Origin: an uncultured Gemmatimonadales bacterium
Lineage (GTDB): Bacteria; Gemmatimonadota; Gemmatimonadetes; Gemmatimonadales; GWC2-71-9
Direction of reading: 5' to 3'
Length of the DNA stretch: 64,000 bases
NCBI GenBank assembly: GCA_963779755.1
Contig: CAVZZO010000001.1
Span: forward strand, 160,001-224,000
Below, in pieces: positions 9,022 through 18,739 of this stretch. The translations under genes were made by a program, and so were the position numbers. The notes under the pieces were generated by a model. It had not been told where the DNA came from. It made no database searches and worked only from the letters and a program-made list of their open reading frames with translations. Positions within the stretch are counted from its first letter, which is position 1; each line of letters opens with the position of its first letter.

Positions 9022-10404
9022 TCAGCGCGGAACCGGCAGGCCGCTGGGGACACGCTCCGGGATCAGAGACGTGAGGTCGCGCGCGGCGGGGTCGGTGAGT
9101 GCCTGCAGGTAGGCGGTGAGCGCATCGACCACCTCGGGCGCGAGCACCACACCATCAATGATCGTATCACGCGTGGCGAGGACGGCCCCGGCATTGTCCA
9201 CCAGGGTGGGCCGCAGCGCCGGTTCCAGCTGCGAGACGTCGTAATGCCGGAGCTTCTCGTCCGACTCGCTGTAGTGATCAATGAAATCGTGCAGGCTCAC
9301 GAATTCACCCGCGTGGCCATAGGGACCCGGTGAGCTCCACGTTGCGGAGCGGCGTAGTGCGGAAGGCATAGCGCTGCGCGGGATCTCCGGTAATGCGTTC
9401 CCGGCCGAAATCGTCGTTCCCGAGGGGCCCGTCGCCCCGGCCGGGGCCGAATTGCGCCAGGGCGACGTTATGGAATGCGCCGTCGCTGAACGCCGGCCCG
9501 TTGTGGCAGATGGAGCAGCGGATCTGCATGAAGATGCGCGCGCCTTCGAGTTGCTCCTGGTCGAGCGCATTGTCATCGCCGGCGAGGAAGCGGTCCCAGG
9601 GCGAGTGATTAAAGGCCAGCTCCGCCGTCATGAAACCGGCCATGGCATTGGAGGCATAGGCGAAGTTCATCCGCTCGAACGGCGTCCCGGGATATGCAGC
9701 CTCGAAGAGCTCGCGGTACTCGGGCACTGCCCCGAGCCTGTCCATGAGGGCGCGCCAAACGCGTCCACTCTGGTTATCGGGGATACTCGCCAGCTCGTTC
9801 CCGGAGTCGCCGCGCATTTCGGCCCGGGAGAGCACCGGCAGCAGGCCCACGGCAGACAGGGCCCCGAATTCGAACGCACGTGACATATCCTCGGTGACCT
9901 GCGGACCGAGCGAGCCGCGGAAATGCCCCCGAGCGTCGAGCTCGACCCGGCCGTCCCAGAAAAACCTGCTGAGGACGTGCAGGTTGAAGAGCGGCGGTGC
10001 GTTGCGGGGAATGAACTGCCCGTCCGGGTGCACCCGCGCCGGGCCCAGTCCGGTGCCGCCCTGGCCGATGGCGAGATGCCGGGCATCGCCCAGGGCGAAC
10101 CTCGGCGCGTGGCAGGTCATGCACGCGATGTCCCGGTTTCCACTCAGGATGGGATCGAACAGCAGGGCCTGGCCCAGCCGGACCAGCGCCGGCCGTACGG
10201 CCGGCGGAGTCGGCAACGGGCCGATGCCTCGCTCGGCGGCGAGTTGTCGCACCTCACCGGCAATGCTGCCCATCTCCGCCGACATTCATCGTGACTGTCG
10301 GCCCTGCGGGATCCAGCGTGCCGCGGTCTCCGCAGCCGGCGGCAGCCAGCTGCCGCGAACAGCATTAGCGGACCGATCGGGGACTTCGGCTGGCCTCTGG
10401 ACAT
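9022..10404 (-). pseudogene. Di-heme cytochrome c peroxidase / MauG-family lipoprotein, frameshifted (about 9327, 10272 and 10350)
   Basis: CMTCH and CSICH heme motifs; LFDPILSG, RNAP, FWDGR and FRTTPLRN. The GPYGHAG C-terminus and the LAAAGC signal sit in other frames. Confidence 0.85.
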
Positions 10405-11123
10405 GGCTGGCATCCGTGCCTGCGCCGGAGTATCAGCGGAGACCCGCCGCGGGCGGGCCTCCGTCGATCAGCCGGGTTACGGCGTGCAGAGATGGAGCGG
10501 TCGGGACTGATCTGACACTCACAGAGCGGCACGTTCCGGTTGAAGTTCTCGAACATGCCATCGGGGTTGTGCATCCAGGGCCAGATATGCGCGATCCATC
10601 CGGCATGTGCGTCGTTCCAGGTCAGCGGCGTGCCGATGCCCTCGAGAATCGGCGGCTGTCCGGGATAGCCCGACGACGCGGGAGAAGGATAGAGGGTCCC
10701 CGGAATGAAGTAATCGAAACCGGCGTACTGGAGCTTCCCACTCGCGGGGTCGAGAGCATAAACGATAAGTTCCGGCTGGAGCAGGGTCGTCCGATCATCC
10801 AGCAGCGCCGGATTGAGGGTGTGGTAGCCCATACCCCGCGCCTCGGCGGCGGACAGCCCTTCCGTACGCTCGTCCGAACATCCCACATCCACCGTATAAC
10901 CCGCGGCTTCCGCCAAGGTACGGTTGTGCCAGCTGGCGGTCTGCTTGCGCAGCGCCGCCAGGGCCTGTTCGAGGTCCGCCGGCAAAGCCGCCGAGGCCAG
11001 GGGCGTGGTTGCGGAGGGCGAAGCGGTGGCCTCGGAAGGGATCCTGCTGTCCGGGTTGCAGCCTGCCAACGCCAGACAGGCAGCTACCGCCGCGAGACTT
11101 GATGCGAAGGAAGTCGAGTGCAT
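10365..11123 (-). CDS. Uncharacterised lipoprotein (MGYH...PE.IVY...HIW..NP.G.F type); true stop probably near 10477
   Basis: Lipobox LAGC and GGAGG upstream of ATG 11123. The tail after CECQISP looks frameshifted. Confidence 0.8.
   Translation of the reverse strand: MHSTSFASSLAAVAACLALAGCNPDSRIPSEATASPSATTPLASAALPADLEQALAALRKQTASWHNRTLAEAAGYTVDVGCSDERTEGLSAAEARGMGYHTLNPALLDDRTTLLQPELIVYALDPASGKLQYAGFDYFIPGTLYPSPASSGYPGQPPILEGIGTPLTWNDAHAGWIAHIWPWMHNPDGMFENFNRNVPLCECQISPDRSISARRNPADRRRPARGGSPLILRRRHGCQPCPEASRSPRSVR
10438..10462 (-). terminator. GC-rich hairpin between the lipoprotein and peroxidase genes
   Basis: ggagacccgcc-gcg-ggcgggcctcc. No U-tract. Confidence 0.45.
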
Positions 11124-11211
11124 GGTGGCCTCCAGGGTGCGGGGGTTCGAGATCTGGTCCGGAGGGAGCAATCTTGCCCCTCCCGGTATCTTGGAATACG
11201 TTGGCAAGAAG

Positions 11212-11250
11212 CGGTCAACTACCGGTCAGCGGCCGGTCAACGGCGGCTAA
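11212..11250. promoter_or_regulatory. SARP-type heptamer direct repeats with 11-bp period
   Basis: CGGTCAA(11212), CGGTCAG(11223), CGGTCAA(11234), CGGCTAA(11244). Confidence 0.7.
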
Positions 11251-11323
11251 CCCGTTGGCTGACCCCGCATCGTGGCTCGATCCGCCGCGACTGCGGCTGG
11301 ACCGTGCTCCGGTATCCCTTGAT

Positions 11324-13693
11324 ATGATCTCCCTCAGGCTCTTGGGCGGCGCATCCCTCGAGAGCGACGGCGCGGCATTACGTGGCCCGGCTGCCCAGCG
11401 ACATCGCCTGGCGCTGTTGTCGCTGCTGTGCGTTTCCCATCCTCGCGCGCTCAGCCGCGACAAGCTGGTAGGCTACCTCTGGCCCGGGCGCGACGCCGAG
11501 CCTGCCCGCAACCTGCTGAAGCAGGCGGTGCATGTGTTGCGGAAGACGCTGGGCGACGCCGCCATCCTCTCCGCGGGGGACGATCTGCACCTCGGTTCCC
11601 CACCGTTGGACTGCGATGTCTTTGCGTTCCAGAGTGCACTGGCCGCGGGGGACCGGGAAGGGGCAATCGGGCTCTACGCCGGCCCGCTGCTGGACGGCTT
11701 CTTCCTGAGTGAGGCGCCGGAATTCGAGAGCTGGCTCGACCAGGAGCGCGAGCGGTTTCGCCAGTCCTGGCGCACGGCCCTGGGAGAGCTGGCAACGGAG
11801 AAGAGTACCGTGGGCGAGGTCGGCCGCGCCGTGCAATGCTGGCGGCGTCTCCTCCTTGACGATCCCTACGATGCGCGAGTCACGCTCCGGTTGATGGAGG
11901 CGCTGGAGGCGGCGGGCGACCGCGCCGGCGCCCTGCGCCAGGCGCGCCTGCATGAGATCCTGCTGGAGCAGGACTTCGGAGCCGGGCCGGACCCGGCGGT
12001 GCATGCGCTGGCCGAGCGTATCCGGGGGGGATATACCGGAGATGACCCGGCGTCGTCAGCGGACCGTCAGTCGGCGGGGGCGGCCGACGAGGTGATCGCT
12101 CCCGATGGTTCGCCAATGGCCGCGGTGCCCGTGGAGGGCACGGCGGCCGGTGAGAAGCCCGGCCGACCCAGCTGGGGAGGCAAGCGGGCGGCGGGGCTGA
12201 TTGCCGCGCTGCTCGTGCTGGGGTCCCTGGCCTGGGTGTCGGCGCGCTCGTTCCATCACCCGCCCAGCAGGGTCAGGAGCATCGCCGTTCTTCCTCTGGC
12301 AAACCAGACCGGCGATCCGGGGCAGGATCACTTCGTCGCCGGGATGCACGACGCCCTGATCTCGGAGCTGGCCCAGGTCGAGTCCTTGACGGTCTACTCC
12401 CGCCAGTCGGTTCTCCGCTACGAGGGCAGCGACCTGCCACTGCCGGTGATCGCGGAGCAACTGGGGGTGGATGCCCTGGTGGAAGGCATGGTCTTCATGA
12501 GCGGCGACACGGTGCGCGTCAGCGTCCAGGTCGTTCGGGCACACCCGGAAGAGCACCTGGCGTCGTTCATGCTCACGAACTCGCGGGACCGCGCCCTCTC
12601 GCTGCAGGGAAGCGTGGCGCGTGCCGTCGCCGACAGTGTGCGGGTGAAGGTCACGCCGGAGGTCCGCGCCCGACTGGCGCGCAACCGGTCGGTCAATCCA
12701 GCCGCCCAGGAGGCGTTCCTCGCGGGCCTGTATCATCTCGAATATGCCTCCTACGGGCCCCGGCTCCCCGCGACTCGGCGAACGGCAGAACTCCGACTGG
12801 CTATCGCCAAGCTGGAGGAGGCGGTGGCGCTGGATTCCACCTGGGCCAGAGCGTACGCGAAGTTGGCGCTGGCCGATCATTGGCTGGCGAGCACTCAGGA
12901 GAGCGTGGCAGGAGTGGCAGATGAGTACTACCCGAAGGCGAAGGCGGCGGCGTTGCGGGCGCTCGAGCTCGACAATACGGAATCGTGGGCCTATGCCTCG
13001 CTCGGTTTTGTCCTGTTCCGGTATGAACACGACTGGGCAGGCGCGGAGCAGGCGATCCGGCGGGCGGTCGAGCTGGACCCGAACTCACACCACTGGATCT
13101 ACGCCATCTACCTCATGGGCCTGGGTCGGTACGACGAGGCGATCGGGCAATACCAGATGGCCACGGAGCGAGACCCGCTTTCGGATCTCCTGAAGACCCA
13201 GATTGCAGGCGCGTACGCCTGCGCCAATCGCCATCAGGAGGCCATCGCACAAGTCAACCAGCTGCAGGCCCGCGCGGCGCCGGGAGGAGGGCGGGTGGTT
13301 ACGCCGGAGTTGCTGAAGTTCCTCGTGGACGAGTATTCCCTCATCGGGGCACACGCCCAGGCCATCGAGCTGGCGCAGCGGTTGGTCGCGACGACCGACA
13401 CCCTTTCCTCCGGACCCGAACTTGCATTCGCCCTGGCGATGGCCGGCCGGCATGACCAGGCCCGGTCGGTACTCGCGCGGGTAGCCGCGAAGAGTCCCAC
13501 CGGCCACTTCTCACCGTATCCCCGGATCTATGTGGCCCTGGGTGACACCGACCGTGCCATCGCTGCAATGAGGGCGTCGATCGACTCAGACTACGCCATA
13601 GCAACCTCCATACGGTGCTGGACCGCGTATCAATTGCTGCGCGATGACCCGCGGATGCAGGCGCTGGTGAGCACGCTGGATCTTCCCAACTGA
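11324..13693 (+). CDS. SARP/BTAD transcriptional activator with TM helix, TolB-N-like domain and TPRs
   Basis: LRLLGG...SRDKL..YLWP...LY.GPLLDGF...EFE.W...ER; TM segment; SIAVLPL.N..GD...FV.GM.D.LI.EL; TPR array. Confidence 0.9.
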   Translation: MISLRLLGGASLESDGAALRGPAAQRHRLALLSLLCVSHPRALSRDKLVGYLWPGRDAEPARNLLKQAVHVLRKTLGDAAILSAGDDLHLGSPPLDCDVFAFQSALAAGDREGAIGLYAGPLLDGFFLSEAPEFESWLDQERERFRQSWRTALGELATEKSTVGEVGRAVQCWRRLLLDDPYDARVTLRLMEALEAAGDRAGALRQARLHEILLEQDFGAGPDPAVHALAERIRGGYTGDDPASSADRQSAGAADEVIAPDGSPMAAVPVEGTAAGEKPGRPSWGGKRAAGLIAALLVLGSLAWVSARSFHHPPSRVRSIAVLPLANQTGDPGQDHFVAGMHDALISELAQVESLTVYSRQSVLRYEGSDLPLPVIAEQLGVDALVEGMVFMSGDTVRVSVQVVRAHPEEHLASFMLTNSRDRALSLQGSVARAVADSVRVKVTPEVRARLARNRSVNPAAQEAFLAGLYHLEYASYGPRLPATRRTAELRLAIAKLEEAVALDSTWARAYAKLALADHWLASTQESVAGVADEYYPKAKAAALRALELDNTESWAYASLGFVLFRYEHDWAGAEQAIRRAVELDPNSHHWIYAIYLMGLGRYDEAIGQYQMATERDPLSDLLKTQIAGAYACANRHQEAIAQVNQLQARAAPGGGRVVTPELLKFLVDEYSLIGAHAQAIELAQRLVATTDTLSSGPELAFALAMAGRHDQARSVLARVAAKSPTGHFSPYPRIYVALGDTDRAIAAMRASIDSDYAIATSIRCWTAYQLLRDDPRMQALVSTLDLPN

Positions 13694-13717
13694 AGCGATT
13701 CCGCGCGATGCCCCCGC

Positions 13718-16606
13718 CTAGACCGACTGCTCTTCTCCGGCCGTCAGGGCCAGGCGCTTACCCTCCCGCAGAAATCCCTGGAACACATCCGCCGGAACCG
13801 GCCGGCTGAAGAGGTACCCCTGCAGCTGGTCGCAGCGGTGCCGCCGCAGGAAGGCCAGCTGGTCCGGCGTCTCCACCCCTTCGGCCACGATGGTCAGCTC
13901 CAGGCTGCGTCCCATGGCAAGAATGGCGCCGGTGATCAGGGCGTCCTCCGGGTCGGTGGAGAGATCGCGCACGAAGCTGCGATCGATCTTCAGCGTATCC
14001 AGGGGGAAGTGCTTCAGGTAACTCAGGGACGAATACCCGGTCCCGAAATCGTCGATCGAGAGGCAGAGCCCGAGTGAACGCAGCGCATTGAGGGTGGCGA
14101 CGTTCTCCGATTCGTGCTGCATCAGGATGCTTTCCGTCAACTCGAGCGAGATATACCCCGCCTCCACGCCGGTCTCCTGCAGAATGGCATGGACCCGCTC
14201 CACCAGGTTGATCTGGCGCAGCTGCCGGCTCGAGAGATTGGTGGAAATCCGCACGTTCCCCAGCCCCGCTTCACGCCAGGCCGCCTGCTGGGCACAGGCA
14301 CTCCGGAAGATCCACTCGCCCAGCGGTACGATGAGCCCGTTCTCTTCCGCGATGGGAATGAACTCCGCCGGCGGCATGAGCCCCATCTCGGGGTGGCGCC
14401 ACCGCACCAGCGCCTCGGCGCCCACGATCGAGCCGTCGGACAGTTCCACCAGCGGCTGGTAATGCACCTCGAATTCTTCCCGCTCCAGCGCCCGCCGCAG
14501 GCTGTTCTCCACCGTCAGCCGGTGCAGCGCCGTGGCGTTCATCGCCTTGGAATACATCTGGAAGCCGTTCCGCCCCTGCTCCTTGGCATGGTACATGGCG
14601 GTGTCGGCGCTCTTCAGCAGCCCCTGCATGTCCTCGGCGTCGAAGGGATAAATCGCAATGCCGATACTGGCGGTCACGTAGACCTCATGCCCCGCCAGCC
14701 GGAAGGGCTGGCCGAAGCTCCCCAGCAGACGCCGCGCGATGCCGGCCGCCTCCTGCGGATCCTCCAGGTCGGGAATGAGGATGGTGAACTCGTCGCCGCC
14801 CAGGCGCGCCACATTGGGGCGTGCCGCTTCTCCGCCCGGCCGGGCGAGGCTGTCCGACTCCCGGCAGGAAGCCAGCAGCCGCGCGCCCACTTCGCGCACC
14901 AGCTGGTCGCCCTGTTCGTGGCCCAGAGTATCGTTGATTCGCCCGAAGTGATCGAGATCGAGGAAGAAGACCGCCACCATGTGCTGGCCCCGGCGGGCCG
15001 CGGCGAGGGCGTGCTGCAGCCGTTCCTTGAAGAGGATCCGGTTGGGCAGGCTGGTCAGACTGTCGTAGTAGGCCAGAAAGCGGACCCGGTCGATCATCTG
15101 GACGTTGGCCAGGGCCACCGCCACCTGGTCGGCGAGGCGGCGCATCTGCACCAGGTCGTCCTCGTGGCCCACCGGCGTCTGGCTGTTGGCCAGCACGATG
15201 ATACCCGCCAGATCCTGCTTGAAGAGCAGCGGCAGGACCACGTACGAGCGGGCGCCGCGTTGGACCAGCGGGGTGGTGTACGACGGCAGCGCCAGGCCCG
15301 ACTCCAGCTGGAGGATCGGCGGCGAGGCCAGCAGCCGCTCCCGCTCCTCCGCCGGCAGCTCTACCGGCTCCCGCTCCCAGTCCTCCCCCGGCCCGGGCGA
15401 AACGTAGGCCAGGTACCGCTGGTCGTCAGGCAGCACCACGCAGACCATGTCGCAAGGGCAGACATCCCGGGCGCGGACCAGCACCGTCTCCACGATCTGG
15501 GTCACGTCCAGCGCCGACAATACCGCGCGGTCGATCTCCGACGCGGTCTCGAGCGCGGTGAATTGCCGGCCCAGACGGGAGGCCATGGAATTGAATGACC
15601 CGGCCAACTCCTGGAACTCGTCGCCGCTGGTGACCAGCACCCGGCTCTCGAACTGGCGGTCGGCGATGCGCCGGGTTCCCGCCTGCAACGCCTCCAGCGG
15701 TACCAGGCTGCGGCGGATCTGATTCACGCTGAGCAGCAGCACCACCCAGAGGCAGAGCAGCGCCACGCAGATGAACGTGTAACGGAACTCGGCCATGCTG
15801 GCGAAGATGTCGGCCCGCGATTCGCTCAGGACCAGGGTCCAGACACCGCTGGAGAACTGGCGCTTGAGGAAGATGGACCAGTAGGAGGCGAGATAGGGCT
15901 CCTCGTTGATGCTGAGCGGGAACTCCCCCACCGCGTTGTGGTCGATCTGCCAGCGCACCTGGGGCGGGAGAATCAGCGAATCCGGCAGCGTACTGAACAG
16001 CGCATGATCATATTCGTCCAGCACGGTCAGCTGCATACGGGGCGAGAGCGTGTTCTGTTCCGAGTCGCCCCACAGAAGGGAATGACGAACCCGCGCCACC
16101 AGGTAACGGGTGGGATCCCCCGCCAGCGGGTGCACCAGGAAGATCTGCGCCGAGCCGTCGGTCACCATCCGGGTCGTCACCACGGTGCGGCCGCCGCGCA
16201 GGTCTTCCAGTTGCGACGCGCTGAGGGGGGGCCCGCCGCCCACCGCCTCACCCAGCAATGTGGCCAGCAGGGCGTCCGGCGCCCGGCGGGAGTAGAGGCC
16301 CAGCCACTCCAGCTTGGCGGCCAGCTGATCCACCAGCACCCGGGACAGCTGCGGCAGCCCGCCTTGCGGGCCGGGGTGGACACTCTCCAGCTCGGCATCC
16401 AGGAACAGCAGGCGCTCCAGCACCGACATACCCAGCGCCTTGTTCGTGGCGGCGAGCTGGTCTTCCGCCTGGCTCTTGAGCTGACTGGTGACGTAGCGGA
16501 ACGACAGGGTGGCGACCGCAACGATCGGCACCAGGGCGCAGACCGTGAACAGCAGCAGCAGGCGACGGCCGAACCGCGTGCGGAGAAAGGCGTGACGCAG
16601 CGGCAT
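13718..16606 (-). CDS. Membrane sensor (Cache-like)-HAMP-GAF-GGDEF-EAL diguanylate cyclase/phosphodiesterase
   Basis: Two TM helices, D.LT.LPNR, intact GGDEF, EAL and DDFGTGYSS. Confidence 0.95.
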   Translation of the reverse strand: MPLRHAFLRTRFGRRLLLLFTVCALVPIVAVATLSFRYVTSQLKSQAEDQLAATNKALGMSVLERLLFLDAELESVHPGPQGGLPQLSRVLVDQLAAKLEWLGLYSRRAPDALLATLLGEAVGGGPPLSASQLEDLRGGRTVVTTRMVTDGSAQIFLVHPLAGDPTRYLVARVRHSLLWGDSEQNTLSPRMQLTVLDEYDHALFSTLPDSLILPPQVRWQIDHNAVGEFPLSINEEPYLASYWSIFLKRQFSSGVWTLVLSESRADIFASMAEFRYTFICVALLCLWVVLLLSVNQIRRSLVPLEALQAGTRRIADRQFESRVLVTSGDEFQELAGSFNSMASRLGRQFTALETASEIDRAVLSALDVTQIVETVLVRARDVCPCDMVCVVLPDDQRYLAYVSPGPGEDWEREPVELPAEERERLLASPPILQLESGLALPSYTTPLVQRGARSYVVLPLLFKQDLAGIIVLANSQTPVGHEDDLVQMRRLADQVAVALANVQMIDRVRFLAYYDSLTSLPNRILFKERLQHALAAARRGQHMVAVFFLDLDHFGRINDTLGHEQGDQLVREVGARLLASCRESDSLARPGGEAARPNVARLGGDEFTILIPDLEDPQEAAGIARRLLGSFGQPFRLAGHEVYVTASIGIAIYPFDAEDMQGLLKSADTAMYHAKEQGRNGFQMYSKAMNATALHRLTVENSLRRALEREEFEVHYQPLVELSDGSIVGAEALVRWRHPEMGLMPPAEFIPIAEENGLIVPLGEWIFRSACAQQAAWREAGLGNVRISTNLSSRQLRQINLVERVHAILQETGVEAGYISLELTESILMQHESENVATLNALRSLGLCLSIDDFGTGYSSLSYLKHFPLDTLKIDRSFVRDLSTDPEDALITGAILAMGRSLELTIVAEGVETPDQLAFLRRHRCDQLQGYLFSRPVPADVFQGFLREGKRLALTAGEEQSV

Positions 16607-16734
16607 CAGGTCAGGACTCCGATGCGAGGCCGGCAAAGGCCCCGTCGTTGCGGAGGTCGTAATCGGAGTTGAGCGGCACCACTGCCTCCGTCCTCGCACT
16701 GCGGGTCGAGCTCGATTCGGGGCCAGGAAAGCCA

Positions 16735-16750
16735 AGCAATAGCCGTGCCC
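16735..16750 (-). promoter_or_regulatory. Sigma54 (-24/-12) promoter
   Basis: Reverse complement GGGCACG-GCTA-TTGCT, about 130 nt before the GGDEF-EAL start, with an AT-rich tract upstream. Confidence 0.7.
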
Positions 16751-16879
16751 CCTGACCTGATGCTATATATCTTGATACAACAAGGACTTACACGAAGACA
16801 TCAAGGCAGGACGGACCCGGTGTAGAGGGATTTTGCGGTGACGCAGAAATGCCGTGGTGGGAGACGCTCCCGACAGCGC

Positions 16880-18313
16880 CTATCGGGGCTGGTCCGGGGC
16901 CGGGACCACCGGCAACGGGGAGGGCGGCTCGAAGGGGAGGCTGATGCTGATCCGCAGGCCACCGAGCTCGCTTCGCCCGGCGGTCACTTCGCCGCCATGG
17001 AGGCGCACCGCCGACGCGACCAGCGTGAGGCCCAGCCCCGCCCCCGCTCCCCGCCCGCGAGCCGGGTCACCCCGGTAGAGTGGCTCGAACAGGTTGGGCA
17101 GATCGCGGGCGGCGACGCCGGGTCCCGCGTCTTCCACCGTCAGAACGGCCGAGTGGTCTTCCCGCCGGGCGGAGAGACGGACCGGGGTGCCGGGCGGTGT
17201 GTGGCGGTCCAGATTGTCGAGCAACTGATCCAGGACCGAATCGAGTATGGCGCGGTCGCCCCGCAGCGGCACGGGGTCGGAGGCGTGCAACTCCACGGGA
17301 CGGCCATCGCGCAGCATGCCCCGCCGTTCCAGGGCAGCTGTGGCCAGAGCGCCCAGGTCCAGGGGCTCCAACCGGGGGAGGACACCGCCCCCTTCCAGCT
17401 TCATGAGCAGGCCGCTCGCGCGCTCGATCGCGATCAGCCGGTCGATCTCCTCCAGCAGGCTGTGCAGGACCTGGCGATAGCGCTCCGGAGTGCGATCGCC
17501 CCGCAGCGCGACTTCCACCTCCCCCTGCATGGCCGTGAGCGGGGTGCGCAGCTCATGTCCCACGTCGGCCACCATGCGGCGCTGCTGCTGTACCGCGCGC
17601 TCCAGCCGGGCGACCATCTCGTTCAGCACTTCGCGCAGTCCCTGGTACTCCGCGATATCGGCATGCGCCGTGATCCGCTGGCCGGTGCGGCCGCCCTGGA
17701 CCGTCCGCGCCTGCCGCGCGATCTCCTCGACCGGCCGGGTGATGCGCCGCGCCAGCCAGCGCGATCCGACGGCCGTGGCCAGGGTGCCCAGGGCCATGGT
17801 GGCCAGCATGCGCCAGAGCACGCTGGCCGCTTCCTGCTCGAAGGGCCGGGTGGAGGCCACGACCTGCAGCACGGCGTAATCCGCCCGGGAGCCCGGAGGC
17901 ACCGGCCGGTACTGGGCCCGGACGGTCTGTTTTCCCCACCGTTCGGTGAGGCGGGTTTCCTGGCCGGCACGCGCGCGGGTGAACGCCTGGGGGGAATAGG
18001 GAAGGCTGCGGGCCAGCTCGGTATTCAGCGCCACGATACGGCCCGAAGAGTCGCGCACCACCACGAAGCGGTTGACGTGCTGGATGAACCCGATCAGCGC
18101 CGAAGGCTCGCCGCTGGTGGGCAGCAGCGCACCGGTGGCGAGAATCGCGTTCTCCAGCTGCGCGCCGCTCTCCAGGCTCTGGTCCAGTTGCGCCGCCAGG
18201 CGCTCGCGCAGGCCCAGATACACCCAGGCCGTGATCAGCGCGAGCGCGGCAAACATGGTCAGCGTGAATCGGACCTGAAGCGTCCGGCTCAGCGACCGCA
18301 CAGAAGATGGCAT
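16880..18313 (-). CDS. Sensor histidine kinase (HAMP-HisKA-HATPase, CusS-like)
   Basis: HELRTPL, D.GPG, FEP.YR and G.GLGL boxes; two TM helices. Confidence 0.93.
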   Translation of the reverse strand: MPSSVRSLSRTLQVRFTLTMFAALALITAWVYLGLRERLAAQLDQSLESGAQLENAILATGALLPTSGEPSALIGFIQHVNRFVVVRDSSGRIVALNTELARSLPYSPQAFTRARAGQETRLTERWGKQTVRAQYRPVPPGSRADYAVLQVVASTRPFEQEAASVLWRMLATMALGTLATAVGSRWLARRITRPVEEIARQARTVQGGRTGQRITAHADIAEYQGLREVLNEMVARLERAVQQQRRMVADVGHELRTPLTAMQGEVEVALRGDRTPERYRQVLHSLLEEIDRLIAIERASGLLMKLEGGGVLPRLEPLDLGALATAALERRGMLRDGRPVELHASDPVPLRGDRAILDSVLDQLLDNLDRHTPPGTPVRLSARREDHSAVLTVEDAGPGVAARDLPNLFEPLYRGDPARGRGAGAGLGLTLVASAVRLHGGEVTAGRSELGGLRISISLPFEPPSPLPVVPAPDQPR

Positions 18314-18326
18314 GAAGCGAGGTGGG

Positions 18327-18683
18327 TCAGGCGGGCAGCAGGCGGTCCAGGTGGTCCAGCAGCTCGGCAAACCGGAACGGCTTCGCCAGGAAGTCGGTCA
18401 CACCCGCCTCGAGGCAGTGGCGCCGGTCCTGTTCCGAGTCGCGGGCGGTGAGCATGAGAATGGGAAGCTCCCGCCCCTGCCGGCGCAGCTCCCGGGCCAG
18501 GTCCACACCGCTCATCCCGGGCAGCATGAAGTCGAGCAGGATCACATCCCACTGCTCCTGCAGCGCCCGGCTGAGAGCGAGGGCCCCGTCACTCTCGACC
18601 ACAACCCGGTGCCCCTCCTCGCCCAGTCCCTGGGCGAGAAAGCCGGACACCTTGGGGTCGTCTTCGACGAGCAATATTCGCAT
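18327..18683 (-). CDS. Single-domain response regulator (OmpR-like receiver, no output domain)
   Basis: ILLVEDD, LLDFMLP, LTA and KPF motifs; stop after about 118 aa. Confidence 0.9.
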   Translation of the reverse strand: MRILLVEDDPKVSGFLAQGLGEEGHRVVVESDGALALSRALQEQWDVILLDFMLPGMSGVDLARELRRQGRELPILMLTARDSEQDRRHCLEAGVTDFLAKPFRFAELLDHLDRLLPA

Positions 18684-18739
18684 TACTGTCGAAGCTAAGG
18701 ACCTTCCAGTAAGATCCGTTAAAGGCAGTGTGAAGATCG

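Noticed and set aside
16610..16730. c-di-GMP riboswitch upstream of the GGDEF-EAL gene
   Set aside because: Only a simple hairpin; the class I and class II consensus elements are not evident.
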